From positions 1 through 43,199 of the IMG/VR virus record IMGVR_UViG_2728369130_000006: DNA of 43,199 nucleotides. One strand, written 5' to 3'. Below the pieces are notes generated by a model. That model was given only the letters and a program-made list of their open reading frames with translations. It made no database searches and was not told the DNA's origin. Positions within the stretch are counted from its first letter, which is position 1. Each line of letters opens with the position of its first letter. Source of the stretch: a virus. Taxonomy: Duplodnaviria > Heunggongvirae > Uroviricota > Caudoviricetes. Positions 9,654 through 16,715 of the stretch are shown here, one piece after another. A program made the position numbers and the translations under genes.

Positions 9654-9733
9654 TACCGAGGCGCCAACTGATTTGCCTCGCTGTCGCTAAACAGGTTTTC
9701 TTCGTGCCTCCTACGCGCGATTGTCGATACGGC
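9654..9733 (-). ncRNA. Unclassified GC-rich structured RNA candidate
   Basis: 80-nt GC-rich island right after a sigmaA promoter; hairpins CTGT/ACAG and CGAGGC/GCCTCG; no T-loop. Confidence 0.4.
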
Positions 9734-9744
9734 AGAAATTTCAA

Positions 9745-9773
9745 TTTATAATCCATAGTTTCAAATGTGTCAA
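9745..9773 (-). promoter_or_regulatory. SigmaA promoter internal to the tRNA array
   Basis: TTGACA-17 nt-TATAAA on the minus strand. Confidence 0.7.
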
Positions 9774-9826
9774 TCTATTTTTGAGAGTCAATTAAACTAT
9801 GGATGAAAGGTTTATTTTATTTATTA

Positions 9827-9897
9827 TGCACCCGTCTGGAATCGAACCAGAACCGAGCGGTTATGAGCCGCCTGCTCGACCTTCGAGCTACGGGTGC
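9827..9897 (-). tRNA. tRNA with CAT anticodon, probably Ile2 (lysidine-type)
   Basis: GCACCCG/CGGGTGC acceptor; GGCGG-CTCATAA-CCGCT resembles Bacillus tRNA-Ile2 more than elongator or initiator Met. Confidence 0.85.
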
Positions 9898-9903
9898 GAA
9901 ATC

Positions 9904-9961
9904 TAGACACACTCATTTCGCCTAAATAAAATTTTGAAAGTTAAATTGCTGTGGGTGTCTA
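9904..9961 (-). ncRNA. Y-RNA-like element C (ACAGCAA family)
   Basis: TAGACAC-CC-ACAGCAA...GTGTCTA. Confidence 0.6.
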
Positions 9962-10003
9962 TATTTTCTATAGAAGGGGAGAGGGTGACTAATCCTCTCA
10001 AGC

Positions 10004-10125
10004 AAGACACAGTATATAAATGCTACCGTTACACCACAGAGATAGTCTGTCTCTGGAGGGATTCGAACCCTCACCACTGTTTTATCATAGCCAATATGTA
10101 GTAATAGTTTTGCTGTATGTGTCTT
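10004..10125 (-). ncRNA. Y-RNA-like element D enclosing a circularly permuted tRNA mimic (YrlA-like)
   Basis: AAGACACA/TGTGTCTT terminal helix, ACAGCAA, T arm GAGGG-TTCGAAT-CCCTC, loop-closed acceptor CAGAGA/TCTCTG, D arm GTG-TAACGGTAG-CAT. Confidence 0.8.
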
Positions 10126-10130
10126 TAAAA

Positions 10131-10204
10131 CTGCGAAGGTAGGCTTCGAACCTACAAATCCTAGCTTCAAAGGCTAGTGACTTTACCAGTTTGTCTACTT
10201 CGCA
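10131..10204 (-). tRNA. tRNA-Gln(TTG)
   Basis: TGCGAAG/CTTCGCA acceptor, CTAGC-CTTTGAA-GCTAG. Confidence 0.92.
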
Positions 10205-10205
10205 A

Positions 10206-10282
10206 TGGTCTGGGTAGCTGGATTCGAACCAACGACATCTCCTGCCCAAGAGGAGTAGGCTACCAGACTGCCCTATACCCAG
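10206..10282 (-). tRNA. tRNA-Pro(TGG), CCA encoded
   Basis: CTGGGTA/TACCCAG acceptor, CTCCT-CTTGGGC-AGGAG, 3' ACCA. Confidence 0.93.
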
Positions 10283-10419
10283 ATTTAAGCTTTTTGAAGA
10301 GAAGCATAACTCTGGTCTACGTCTTTTTGAGGTCTAGCACACCAGTAAGACCTAGAAAGGAGTGGTGCATATGTGCAAACTTTACATTACAGAATACGGT
10401 GGAGTGGAAGCTCCACCTA

Positions 10420-10491
10420 CTCATCCAGCAGGGTTCGAACCTACAACCCCCTGATTAACAGTCAGGTGCTCTACCATTGAGCTATGGATGA
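10420..10491 (-). tRNA. tRNA-Asn(GTT)
   Basis: TCATCCA/TGGATGA acceptor, CCTGA-CTGTTAA-TCAGG. Confidence 0.92.
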
Positions 10492-10497
10492 AAAATC

Positions 10498-10572
10498 AAG
10501 GCGCAAAATTTTCAATAACGATTTTATAAACATTAACAATTTAGCCTAAAATAATTTTGCTGTGAGCGCCTT
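10498..10572 (-). ncRNA. Y-RNA-like element E (ACAGCAA family)
   Basis: AAGGCGC-TC-ACAGC-AAAATT...AATTTT-GCGCCTT; first element after the promoter. Confidence 0.65.
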
Positions 10573-10587
10573 ATTGGTTATGTAATT

Positions 10588-10616
10588 ATAATAACATTAT
10601 TAATTAGTTTTGTCAA
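10588..10616 (-). promoter_or_regulatory. SigmaA promoter with repeated operator AAACTAATTAATAATG, driving the RNA module
   Basis: TTGACA-AAACTAATTAATAATGT-TATTAT; the same motif recurs at several other promoters. Confidence 0.75.
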
Positions 10617-10625
10617 GTGCTATTC

Positions 10626-11867
10626 TTACATTCTGTCAGCGATGTCTGCAATTTTACTTCTGTGAATTGTTTGAAGTTCAATTTCTCCATAAATTTCATT
10701 CCCCCTAAACACTTCACTCATTCGTCTCATGCCATTGTTTGATGAGTATACATCTTTATCTACTTGAGCAAAATAATCTCCGTCAACAATAACCTTTGTA
10801 TTGTCGCTAATACGTTGCAGTCCCAATTTCAACAGGTCGGCTGTTAAATTTTGTGCCTCTAAAATCCAAACAATTGTTTTCATTTCTCCTGTATCATAAC
10901 CGCGCAAGTCTACAAAAGGGAGGATTTCAAGATTATTATCATTAATCTGTTTAATGATTTCATCTTCATCACCAAATTTAGACCTAAGCATAGTGCCTAC
11001 AGCCGATTGTAATAGTTTCTCCAATCTATCTCCCTTATAAAATCCAAGTTCTTGAGAATCGCGAAGTGGGGTAGGGTTGACGAAGATAACCAGTTTATAT
11101 CCTTCTTTTTCAACGAGATTCCATGCTGTATTCAATGCGATAATTGATTTTCCACTTCCTGCACGACCTCGAATAGAAGTTAGTTGATTATTCAAAATGC
11201 TGTCTACGGCCATAACTTGTTGTTCATCACGAGGCTGAAATTCTCCAAACTGATCGGTTTTGAATCCATTTTTAATACGACCTTTTTTATTGCGTAGCGA
11301 CTGGAGCATTTCACCATTCCATTTCAAGATGTCCATCAGTTCACCATTTAAATCGTCATTGATAACTGCATATTCATTTATTAATAAGTTAAATTTGTTT
11401 ACATTTAAATTCAGATAAACTTCCTCTAGCTCCTCTTGTGTCATCAGAAATTCTTTAAATCCTTTATATTCAATAAAGGTGTTTTCGTTTAAATGTTTGA
11501 TAGGGACACCAAACATTTTACATTTTTCTTTAATAAGTCGATCGTTTGAAATCATCCCATATCCATTATCTACTGCGACTTGAAGCAAGATATTATCGAC
11601 ATATTGCCCATCTAACCTTTCGTCTAGAGTAAAAGTATAATCCTTCAAATCAATATAAATATGAGATGATGTATCATCTAAAAATCTTTTTAACTTCCGA
11701 ATATCGTATTGAAGCTGACGGTCACTTTTTCTTGTCTTTTCTAAATGTTCAACTTCTCTTAATACATGAGAGGGGATTACACAATCATATTCATTAATAA
11801 TCTCTGGCTTAATTAAAAGAACATTTGTATCTACAATAAACTTCATACCGTTTCTCCCTTTAGTCAA
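10626..11867 (-). CDS. phoH: PIN domain-PhoH family ATPase fusion (PhoH2/YlaK-like)
   Basis: N-terminal FIVDTNVLL PIN motif; GRAGSGKS Walker A; LRG, EAQN and DGD..Q PhoH motifs. Confidence 0.9.
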   Translation of the reverse strand: MTKGRNGMKFIVDTNVLLIKPEIINEYDCVIPSHVLREVEHLEKTRKSDRQLQYDIRKLKRFLDDTSSHIYIDLKDYTFTLDERLDGQYVDNILLQVAVDNGYGMISNDRLIKEKCKMFGVPIKHLNENTFIEYKGFKEFLMTQEELEEVYLNLNVNKFNLLINEYAVINDDLNGELMDILKWNGEMLQSLRNKKGRIKNGFKTDQFGEFQPRDEQQVMAVDSILNNQLTSIRGRAGSGKSIIALNTAWNLVEKEGYKLVIFVNPTPLRDSQELGFYKGDRLEKLLQSAVGTMLRSKFGDEDEIIKQINDNNLEILPFVDLRGYDTGEMKTIVWILEAQNLTADLLKLGLQRISDNTKVIVDGDYFAQVDKDVYSSNNGMRRMSEVFRGNEIYGEIELQTIHRSKIADIADRM

Positions 11868-11876
11868 TGTCTTTTC

Positions 11877-12212
11877 TTATTTGTTTAATTTATTTAGTTC
11901 TTCTCTCATTTTCTTAGAGAGTCTAGTACCAATTTTAAAATAATCGTTTGAATACATGTGCTCTCCCGTTTGAGGATTCTTAATCTTTCTTCCTCTCGCT
12001 TTTCGAACTTCTAAAGTGAATAAATTCTTCAATTTTACAACACCGTGATTTAATAGACCTTTACCGACTTTATCTATCAAGACTTCTACTAAGATTTTAA
12101 CTTCATCTTTTCGCAATCTTAATTCACGTATACGGTCATCTTTCCATACTTCATGAATCAGCTTCGAAAGATTCAATATGCAGACGCTCCTTTCATTCTT
12201 TAACTTTAACAA
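11877..12212 (-). CDS. HU/IHF-family DNA-binding protein
   Basis: VKLKNLFTLEVRKARGRKIKNPQTGEHM arm motif. Confidence 0.85.
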   Translation of the reverse strand: MLKLKNERSVCILNLSKLIHEVWKDDRIRELRLRKDEVKILVEVLIDKVGKGLLNHGVVKLKNLFTLEVRKARGRKIKNPQTGEHMYSNDYFKIGTRLSKKMREELNKLNK

Positions 12213-12492
12213 ACTTGTTATCTATCAAATCATAATTTTGGTTATAGAAGTGTAACCTACCATCATCATCTATTGATACAAGAATTTCCTCCATGTACGC
12301 TTCATTTGTGTAATCATCAATCGTTCCAGCCTTATTATGTACTTTGTATTCCTCGACCTTGTTGCTTATAGTAAAAATTTTATCCATAAACCTAAATTCA
12401 TTATCTGTATTAACATAACACCATTGGGTTATTTTGGAGTTATTTAGAATGGCCGTAGATTTTTGTAACTTAGTTTTTCTTTTTGCCATCAT
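12193..12492 (-). CDS. Hypothetical phage protein
   Basis: 99 aa, overlap-coupled to neighbours. Confidence 0.6.
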   Translation of the reverse strand: MMAKRKTKLQKSTAILNNSKITQWCYVNTDNEFRFMDKIFTISNKVEEYKVHNKAGTIDDYTNEAYMEEILVSIDDDGRLHFYNQNYDLIDNKFVKVKE

Positions 12493-12820
12493 TATTACCC
12501 TCCAACCCTAACAATTCCTTATTAATCGTTGATAGACTTGAGAACGGAATACTGTTCGTCTTTCTTTTTCCTTCCATCTGCTCGATCTTCCAATTTGATA
12601 TCATATCTTTATTATGCTTGTTTTTATCATCTTCATCCTTGTGCCAAACAAGATAATTAGCTAATCCATCTAAGAAAAACCTAATCGTATTGGAATCCCA
12701 ATTTCGCTCTATGGCAGATCGCCATTCATTAGTCAAGTCTTCAACTTTTTTAAGCTTTTGTTCTAAGGTGATATTTTCATCAAGATTAAGCTTAATCCCA
12801 TTGGGGAGTTGAATCTTCAC
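12470..12820 (-). CDS. Hypothetical phage protein
   Basis: 116 aa with an AGAAAGGA RBS. Confidence 0.6.
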   Translation of the reverse strand: MKIQLPNGIKLNLDENITLEQKLKKVEDLTNEWRSAIERNWDSNTIRFFLDGLANYLVWHKDEDDKNKHNKDMISNWKIEQMEGKRKTNSIPFSSLSTINKELLGLEGNNDGKKKN

Positions 12821-12882
12821 TCAAAAACAATCCTTTCTATAATTTTCTCACTACAACTCATCGTTTTAACAGTAATCCTTAA

Positions 12883-13305
12883 TTATTTGGTTGGAATCAA
12901 GTTGGCTTTTATTGATTTGATCCAATCTTCTTCGTTCGTATCAACTATCCTAGCTATGATTCTGTCTAAAGTTCGATAGGCTGTCATTCTTGGATAATCA
13001 AAATTTTCAATAATATCAGATACAGAATGTCCATCAAATAATAAATTGAGAAACTGTTTATCTTTTTCCTTGAATGAAATTTTCTCAATCAGTTTATCTA
13101 GAGAGGCATATAGAGAAATTAACTCCTGATTAAACTCAAAAATATCTCCAGCTTGATCAATATTGATATTCACACTTGCCAATCGAGATGTATCAACTTT
13201 GCTTCTGAATAATATTAAATACTTAACCACCATTTCATCTGACAAAGTTAAAACTTTGAAATCCCTCTCTTTTTTATGTATGTCAATTGCAACAGACCCC
13301 ACCAA
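12883..13305 (-). CDS. Putative transcription regulator with sigma70 region 4-like C-terminal HTH
   Basis: FLNLLFDGHSVSDIIENFDYPRMTAYRTLDRII resembles a sigma-4/LuxR-type HTH; first gene after an operator-bearing promoter. Confidence 0.55.
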   Translation of the reverse strand: MVGSVAIDIHKKERDFKVLTLSDEMVVKYLILFRSKVDTSRLASVNINIDQAGDIFEFNQELISLYASLDKLIEKISFKEKDKQFLNLLFDGHSVSDIIENFDYPRMTAYRTLDRIIARIVDTNEEDWIKSIKANLIPTK

Positions 13306-13367
13306 CTCACCCCATTGTCATTATTAATTAGTTTAGTAGAGAGGAATGATCCGAACTACTTATAATT

Positions 13368-13396
13368 AATATAACATTATTAATTAGTTTTGTCAA
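13368..13396 (-). promoter_or_regulatory. Promoter with repeated operator (second core copy at 13319-13334)
   Basis: TTGACAAAACTAATTAATAATGTTAT on the minus strand, identical to the motif ending at 10616. Confidence 0.75.
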
Positions 13397-13526
13397 GATC
13401 GATAAATGTGATCGGCTATACGAAGGTGTTTTTATTGACAGTTACATTCTTGACACCAAAAACATTATTTGTTATATTGGTAAGGAGGTTATTTAAACCT
13501 AAGTATAAGGAGATGGTGATTTTGAT

Positions 13527-14369
13527 ATGATGAATCATTTTGAAGGGATTTACAATCAGGATGTACTGTCTAGTGTGAGACTTCCTAATAGCATTTTTAA
13601 AACATTATCTAAATGTATTAGGAATAGAAATGGGAGTACAAATATTCAGCAGGTTGCCTTTGGATATTCTTATCTTGTTGCAGTTGCCTTTTTATATAAA
13701 TATACATACTTTGTCGATCTTGATAATCAGACCTATGTCCAAAACAAAGATATTAAAGAGCTTCTTGGTTATAGTAGAGATACAAAAACTATTGACAGAG
13801 TTATTAAAAAGGATGGACTGTTAGACAAACTTCACCTTACACTGACAACACGAGAGTATCCCGTGAGATACACAATCGATAAAGAGGAGACGATAAATAA
13901 AATTCCTTTAAGAGAATTTATATTGATTAGTGAATTGAAATCTGATGACGTAAATTATGCTAAGTTTAAAAAGATAGTTAAAAATAAAAATTATGTAGTG
14001 AAAGAACCTTTGTTTCTCACTTCTGGCTATGAAGGTTCAGAGTACGGGACTTTATACAGTATTGAGCGAACACATAAGATAACAATTAAAGAATTTTTGA
14101 CTTTTTTAAGGAGCGATGATTTTAATAACATTGAGTTTTTAATATACGGTTTTTTAAAGTCACGGTGCTTTGGAAGAAAAAACAACATGTATTCAGTGCC
14201 AATTTATAAGATTATATCTGAGGTTGGGATCGACAGAAGCACTTTTTATACTTATCTTGAAAATTTAAAGAGAAAGAATTATATAAAAGTGATTCATAAA
14301 GAGTGGAAGACAAAAGGCGATAACTTTAAGAAGATGGAGGCGAATGATTATATCTGGTTGGGAGTGTGA
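13527..14369 (+). CDS. Winged-HTH DNA-binding protein (SPbeta YomD-like; possible replication initiator)
   Basis: 280 aa; C-terminal HTH (IISEVGIDRSTFYTYLENLKRKNYIKV); promoter TTGACA-17-TATATT at 13450-13478. Confidence 0.55.
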   Translation: MMNHFEGIYNQDVLSSVRLPNSIFKTLSKCIRNRNGSTNIQQVAFGYSYLVAVAFLYKYTYFVDLDNQTYVQNKDIKELLGYSRDTKTIDRVIKKDGLLDKLHLTLTTREYPVRYTIDKEETINKIPLREFILISELKSDDVNYAKFKKIVKNKNYVVKEPLFLTSGYEGSEYGTLYSIERTHKITIKEFLTFLRSDDFNNIEFLIYGFLKSRCFGRKNNMYSVPIYKIISEVGIDRSTFYTYLENLKRKNYIKVIHKEWKTKGDNFKKMEANDYIWLGV

Positions 14370-14379
14370 ATGGAAGATG

Positions 14380-14534
14380 TTTTACAATTTTTTAGAAGGT
14401 TATCCAAACCTACCAATATCAATACAGTTAATATTTAATTAACAATATTAAGGTCTATAGTATTAATTATTATATATATTATAATAGTATTGATAATTTA
14501 GTAGGTTTGAGCAACCTCCTAAAATGCTGTAAAA
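14380..14534. repeat. ~46-bp imperfect inverted repeat around an AT-rich core
   Basis: TTTTACAATTTTTTAGAAGGTTATCCAAACCTACCAATATCAATAC vs GTATTGATAATTTAGTAGGTTTGAGCAACCTCCTAAAATGCTGTAAAA. Confidence 0.8.
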
Positions 14535-14610
14535 AATAGTAAATGATTGGGTTTTTATAGGTTATTATTTATTATCACAAGTTAAAGAATAAGTACAATA
14601 TAATTTAATT

Positions 14611-15654
14611 ATGTTATACTTAGAAGAGGAGGGGCATATGGCTAAATTAGAGAATGTAATTCAATTCAATACAAAAAATGAGGATAAAAATGTTTATGGA
14701 ACAATCAGGACTTATTTGATACGTAAGGGACAGAACAGTCAAAACACCGCATCAACTTATGAAAGGCATATTCGTGATTTCTTTAGGACAATGAGAGGCA
14801 AAGAACTAGAACAACTGGTCGAGGAAGACCTTATCTTCACCAAAAAACAAATTGAAACATATCAAGTAGCGCTTAAAGAACGCCATAAAGGGACGACAGT
14901 AAACAACGTAATCTCTTCAATTCGTGAATGCTATAAAAGACTATTCGATGACGGATTTAATGTGGATGTATCGTGGTTTAATGTGGAAAGGTACGATGAA
15001 CACGATAAAGAAAGTTATGACTCTATGACTCATGATGAAGTTATTACAGCAATGGAGCTTGTGTCTAAAACGAGAAAAGGAAAAGAAAAATCTCTTTTTA
15101 TTAGAGTTGCCTACGCAACAGCTTGGCGATTGCAGTCTATATTAAATCTTGAGTTCAATGATATCATAAACATTGATGATATATGGTATATCAAAACAAT
15201 TGGCAAGGGGAATAAGACATCTTACAAGAAGCTATCTGATGATCTATATCAAGAATTAATGCAGTTCAAAGAAGAGGTGAAAAGGGATAAAATTTTTCAG
15301 CTAACAACTAAAACTATTCAGAAAATGATGGATTACATTCGAGATAATATTGATTTTGGTCATAGAAGAATTGTATTCCACTCTTTCAAAAAAGCATCAA
15401 TAAACGAGGTGAGTATTCTAAGTGGTGGAGATATAAAGTTGATGCAAGCCCATGGAGACCATGCCAATGCTACAACAACATTAAACGATTATGTATCTAA
15501 GAAAAACTTAGAAGAACTTTTAACTGTGGACGTTGACACAAAAATCCCACTTGAAAAATTAGAAGACATGTCTAAAGAACAGTTAATTGATTTAATTAAA
15601 AAAGCAGATCGAACTACACAAATTCGTTTATTGAAGAAAGCAAACTTTATGTGA
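14611..15654 (+). CDS. Tyrosine recombinase (SPbeta YopP-like)
   Basis: SAM-like N-terminus; catalytic-type motifs AWRLQS, GKGNK, HSFKK, GDH, NDY. Likely start is the ATG at 14638. Confidence 0.8.
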   Translation: MLYLEEEGHMAKLENVIQFNTKNEDKNVYGTIRTYLIRKGQNSQNTASTYERHIRDFFRTMRGKELEQLVEEDLIFTKKQIETYQVALKERHKGTTVNNVISSIRECYKRLFDDGFNVDVSWFNVERYDEHDKESYDSMTHDEVITAMELVSKTRKGKEKSLFIRVAYATAWRLQSILNLEFNDIINIDDIWYIKTIGKGNKTSYKKLSDDLYQELMQFKEEVKRDKIFQLTTKTIQKMMDYIRDNIDFGHRRIVFHSFKKASINEVSILSGGDIKLMQAHGDHANATTTLNDYVSKKNLEELLTVDVDTKIPLEKLEDMSKEQLIDLIKKADRTTQIRLLKKANFM

Positions 15655-15868
15655 ATGACATAAATGCCTCTCAAAATCATTTTAAGGGGTCATACAGACG
15701 TTTTAAATATATTCTAATGTATTTGTATTCGGAAGTGCAAAAACTTCTTAGAACGAAAAATAAAACAAATTAATAATGATGATATAATTAAAACCGTTTT
15801 TAACGGGGAATATAAATGATATGATTTAAACACAGGTAGACGAACTTATTAACGAAAGGGAAGAGATT

Positions 15869-16189
15869 ATGATTGAGTCGAATAAAATTGATATTGTACT
15901 TATAATAAAATCATTAGACAACTTAGGCGTTGCAAAGGAGATAAGAAAAGAGGCTCTTTCTGTTTTTGGAGACACCGAACGAGTAGAAACTTATTATTAT
16001 CAAGGGTTGGATGCTAAGCATATCGAAATTGAAGTTATAGGGTATTTATCTTTTAATATATCTACAGATTTCTATGCTAATTTATTTAAATTTGAAGAAG
16101 TTTTCCAATCTTTACTGTACCAAGGAGTAATCGAATGCGGGAACGGAAATATTTATAATATGAATAATTTTACAGTCAAAGTCATTTAA
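15869..16189 (+). CDS. Hypothetical protein
   Basis: 106 aa with an RBS. Confidence 0.6.
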   Translation: MIESNKIDIVLIIKSLDNLGVAKEIRKEALSVFGDTERVETYYYQGLDAKHIEIEVIGYLSFNISTDFYANLFKFEEVFQSLLYQGVIECGNGNIYNMNNFTVKVI

Positions 16190-16197
16190 CGAGGAGT

Positions 16198-16533
16198 GTG
16201 AGAATCTTGATAAAAGTATATGAAGTAAATGTTGAAAATAATATTATTGACGCCGTTTTTAAAATTTTCAATATACAGCATGATACTCCAAGAAAAGCTG
16301 AGCATATAAGTATGCTCGAATATTTTGAAGACGGGAAAACCTTAAATGATTTATCTTATACAATGTCCGATTCTTCAATGTTTGGTTATATGGATGCGGA
16401 AGTGCAAGGAGAGATGGATTATCCTGAACTGCAAGACATTGTTGATATTATTGAAGAAATGTATATAAAAGAAAGAAGAAAGATCAAAGGAAAAGCATTT
16501 CTTATAAATGGTATTCACGTTATGATTATCTAG
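16198..16533 (+). CDS. Hypothetical protein
   Basis: 111 aa, GAGGAG RBS, GTG start. Confidence 0.6.
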   Translation: MRILIKVYEVNVENNIIDAVFKIFNIQHDTPRKAEHISMLEYFEDGKTLNDLSYTMSDSSMFGYMDAEVQGEMDYPELQDIVDIIEEMYIKERRKIKGKAFLINGIHVMII

Positions 16534-16642
16534 ATCATGTTGATATCTATTTAGAGGGATGATCTTATTTTATGTGAGTGATTCTTTTTAAATAGATATT
16601 CTTTTGCATAAATTTAATAAGTGTCTAAACAGCATTTTTTAA

Positions 16643-16671
16643 TTGACAAAACTAACTAATAATGTTATAAT
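16643..16671 (+). promoter_or_regulatory. Promoter with repeated operator upstream of the recD2-like gene
   Basis: TTGACA-AAACTAACTAATAATGT-TATAAT. Confidence 0.8.
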
Positions 16672-16715
16672 AATTGTATTATTATTGTTCCAAAACTAAA
16701 GGGAGATGATATGGA

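Noticed and set aside
9654-9733. Resemblance of CGAGG..TTGG..CCTCG to the tmRNA pk1 region
   Set aside because: No pseudoknot partner, no tag ORF and no tmRNA TLD ends; far too short
9751-9806. 11-bp inverted repeat ATCCATAGTTT/AAACTATGGAT resembling the 5' end of tRNA-Asn
   Set aside because: Too short for a cloverleaf and has no T loop; it overlaps a promoter and is best seen as a remnant or operator, so it was not called as a tRNA
9380-10458. ORFs 9380-9565, 9469-9756, 9922-10170 and 10177-10458
   Set aside because: They run through tRNA genes and structured RNAs, lack RBSs and have no protein-like composition
9276-10572. Possible CRISPR array interpretation of the repeated spacer elements
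   Set aside because: The repeats are end-paired helices of variable length interleaved with tRNAs, not identical direct repeats with unique spacers; no cas genes are present
15655-15720. Hairpin ATGCCTCT..AGGGGTCAT after the recombinase gene as a resolution site
   Set aside because: No second copy or recognisable core-site symmetry was found; it may be a weak terminator
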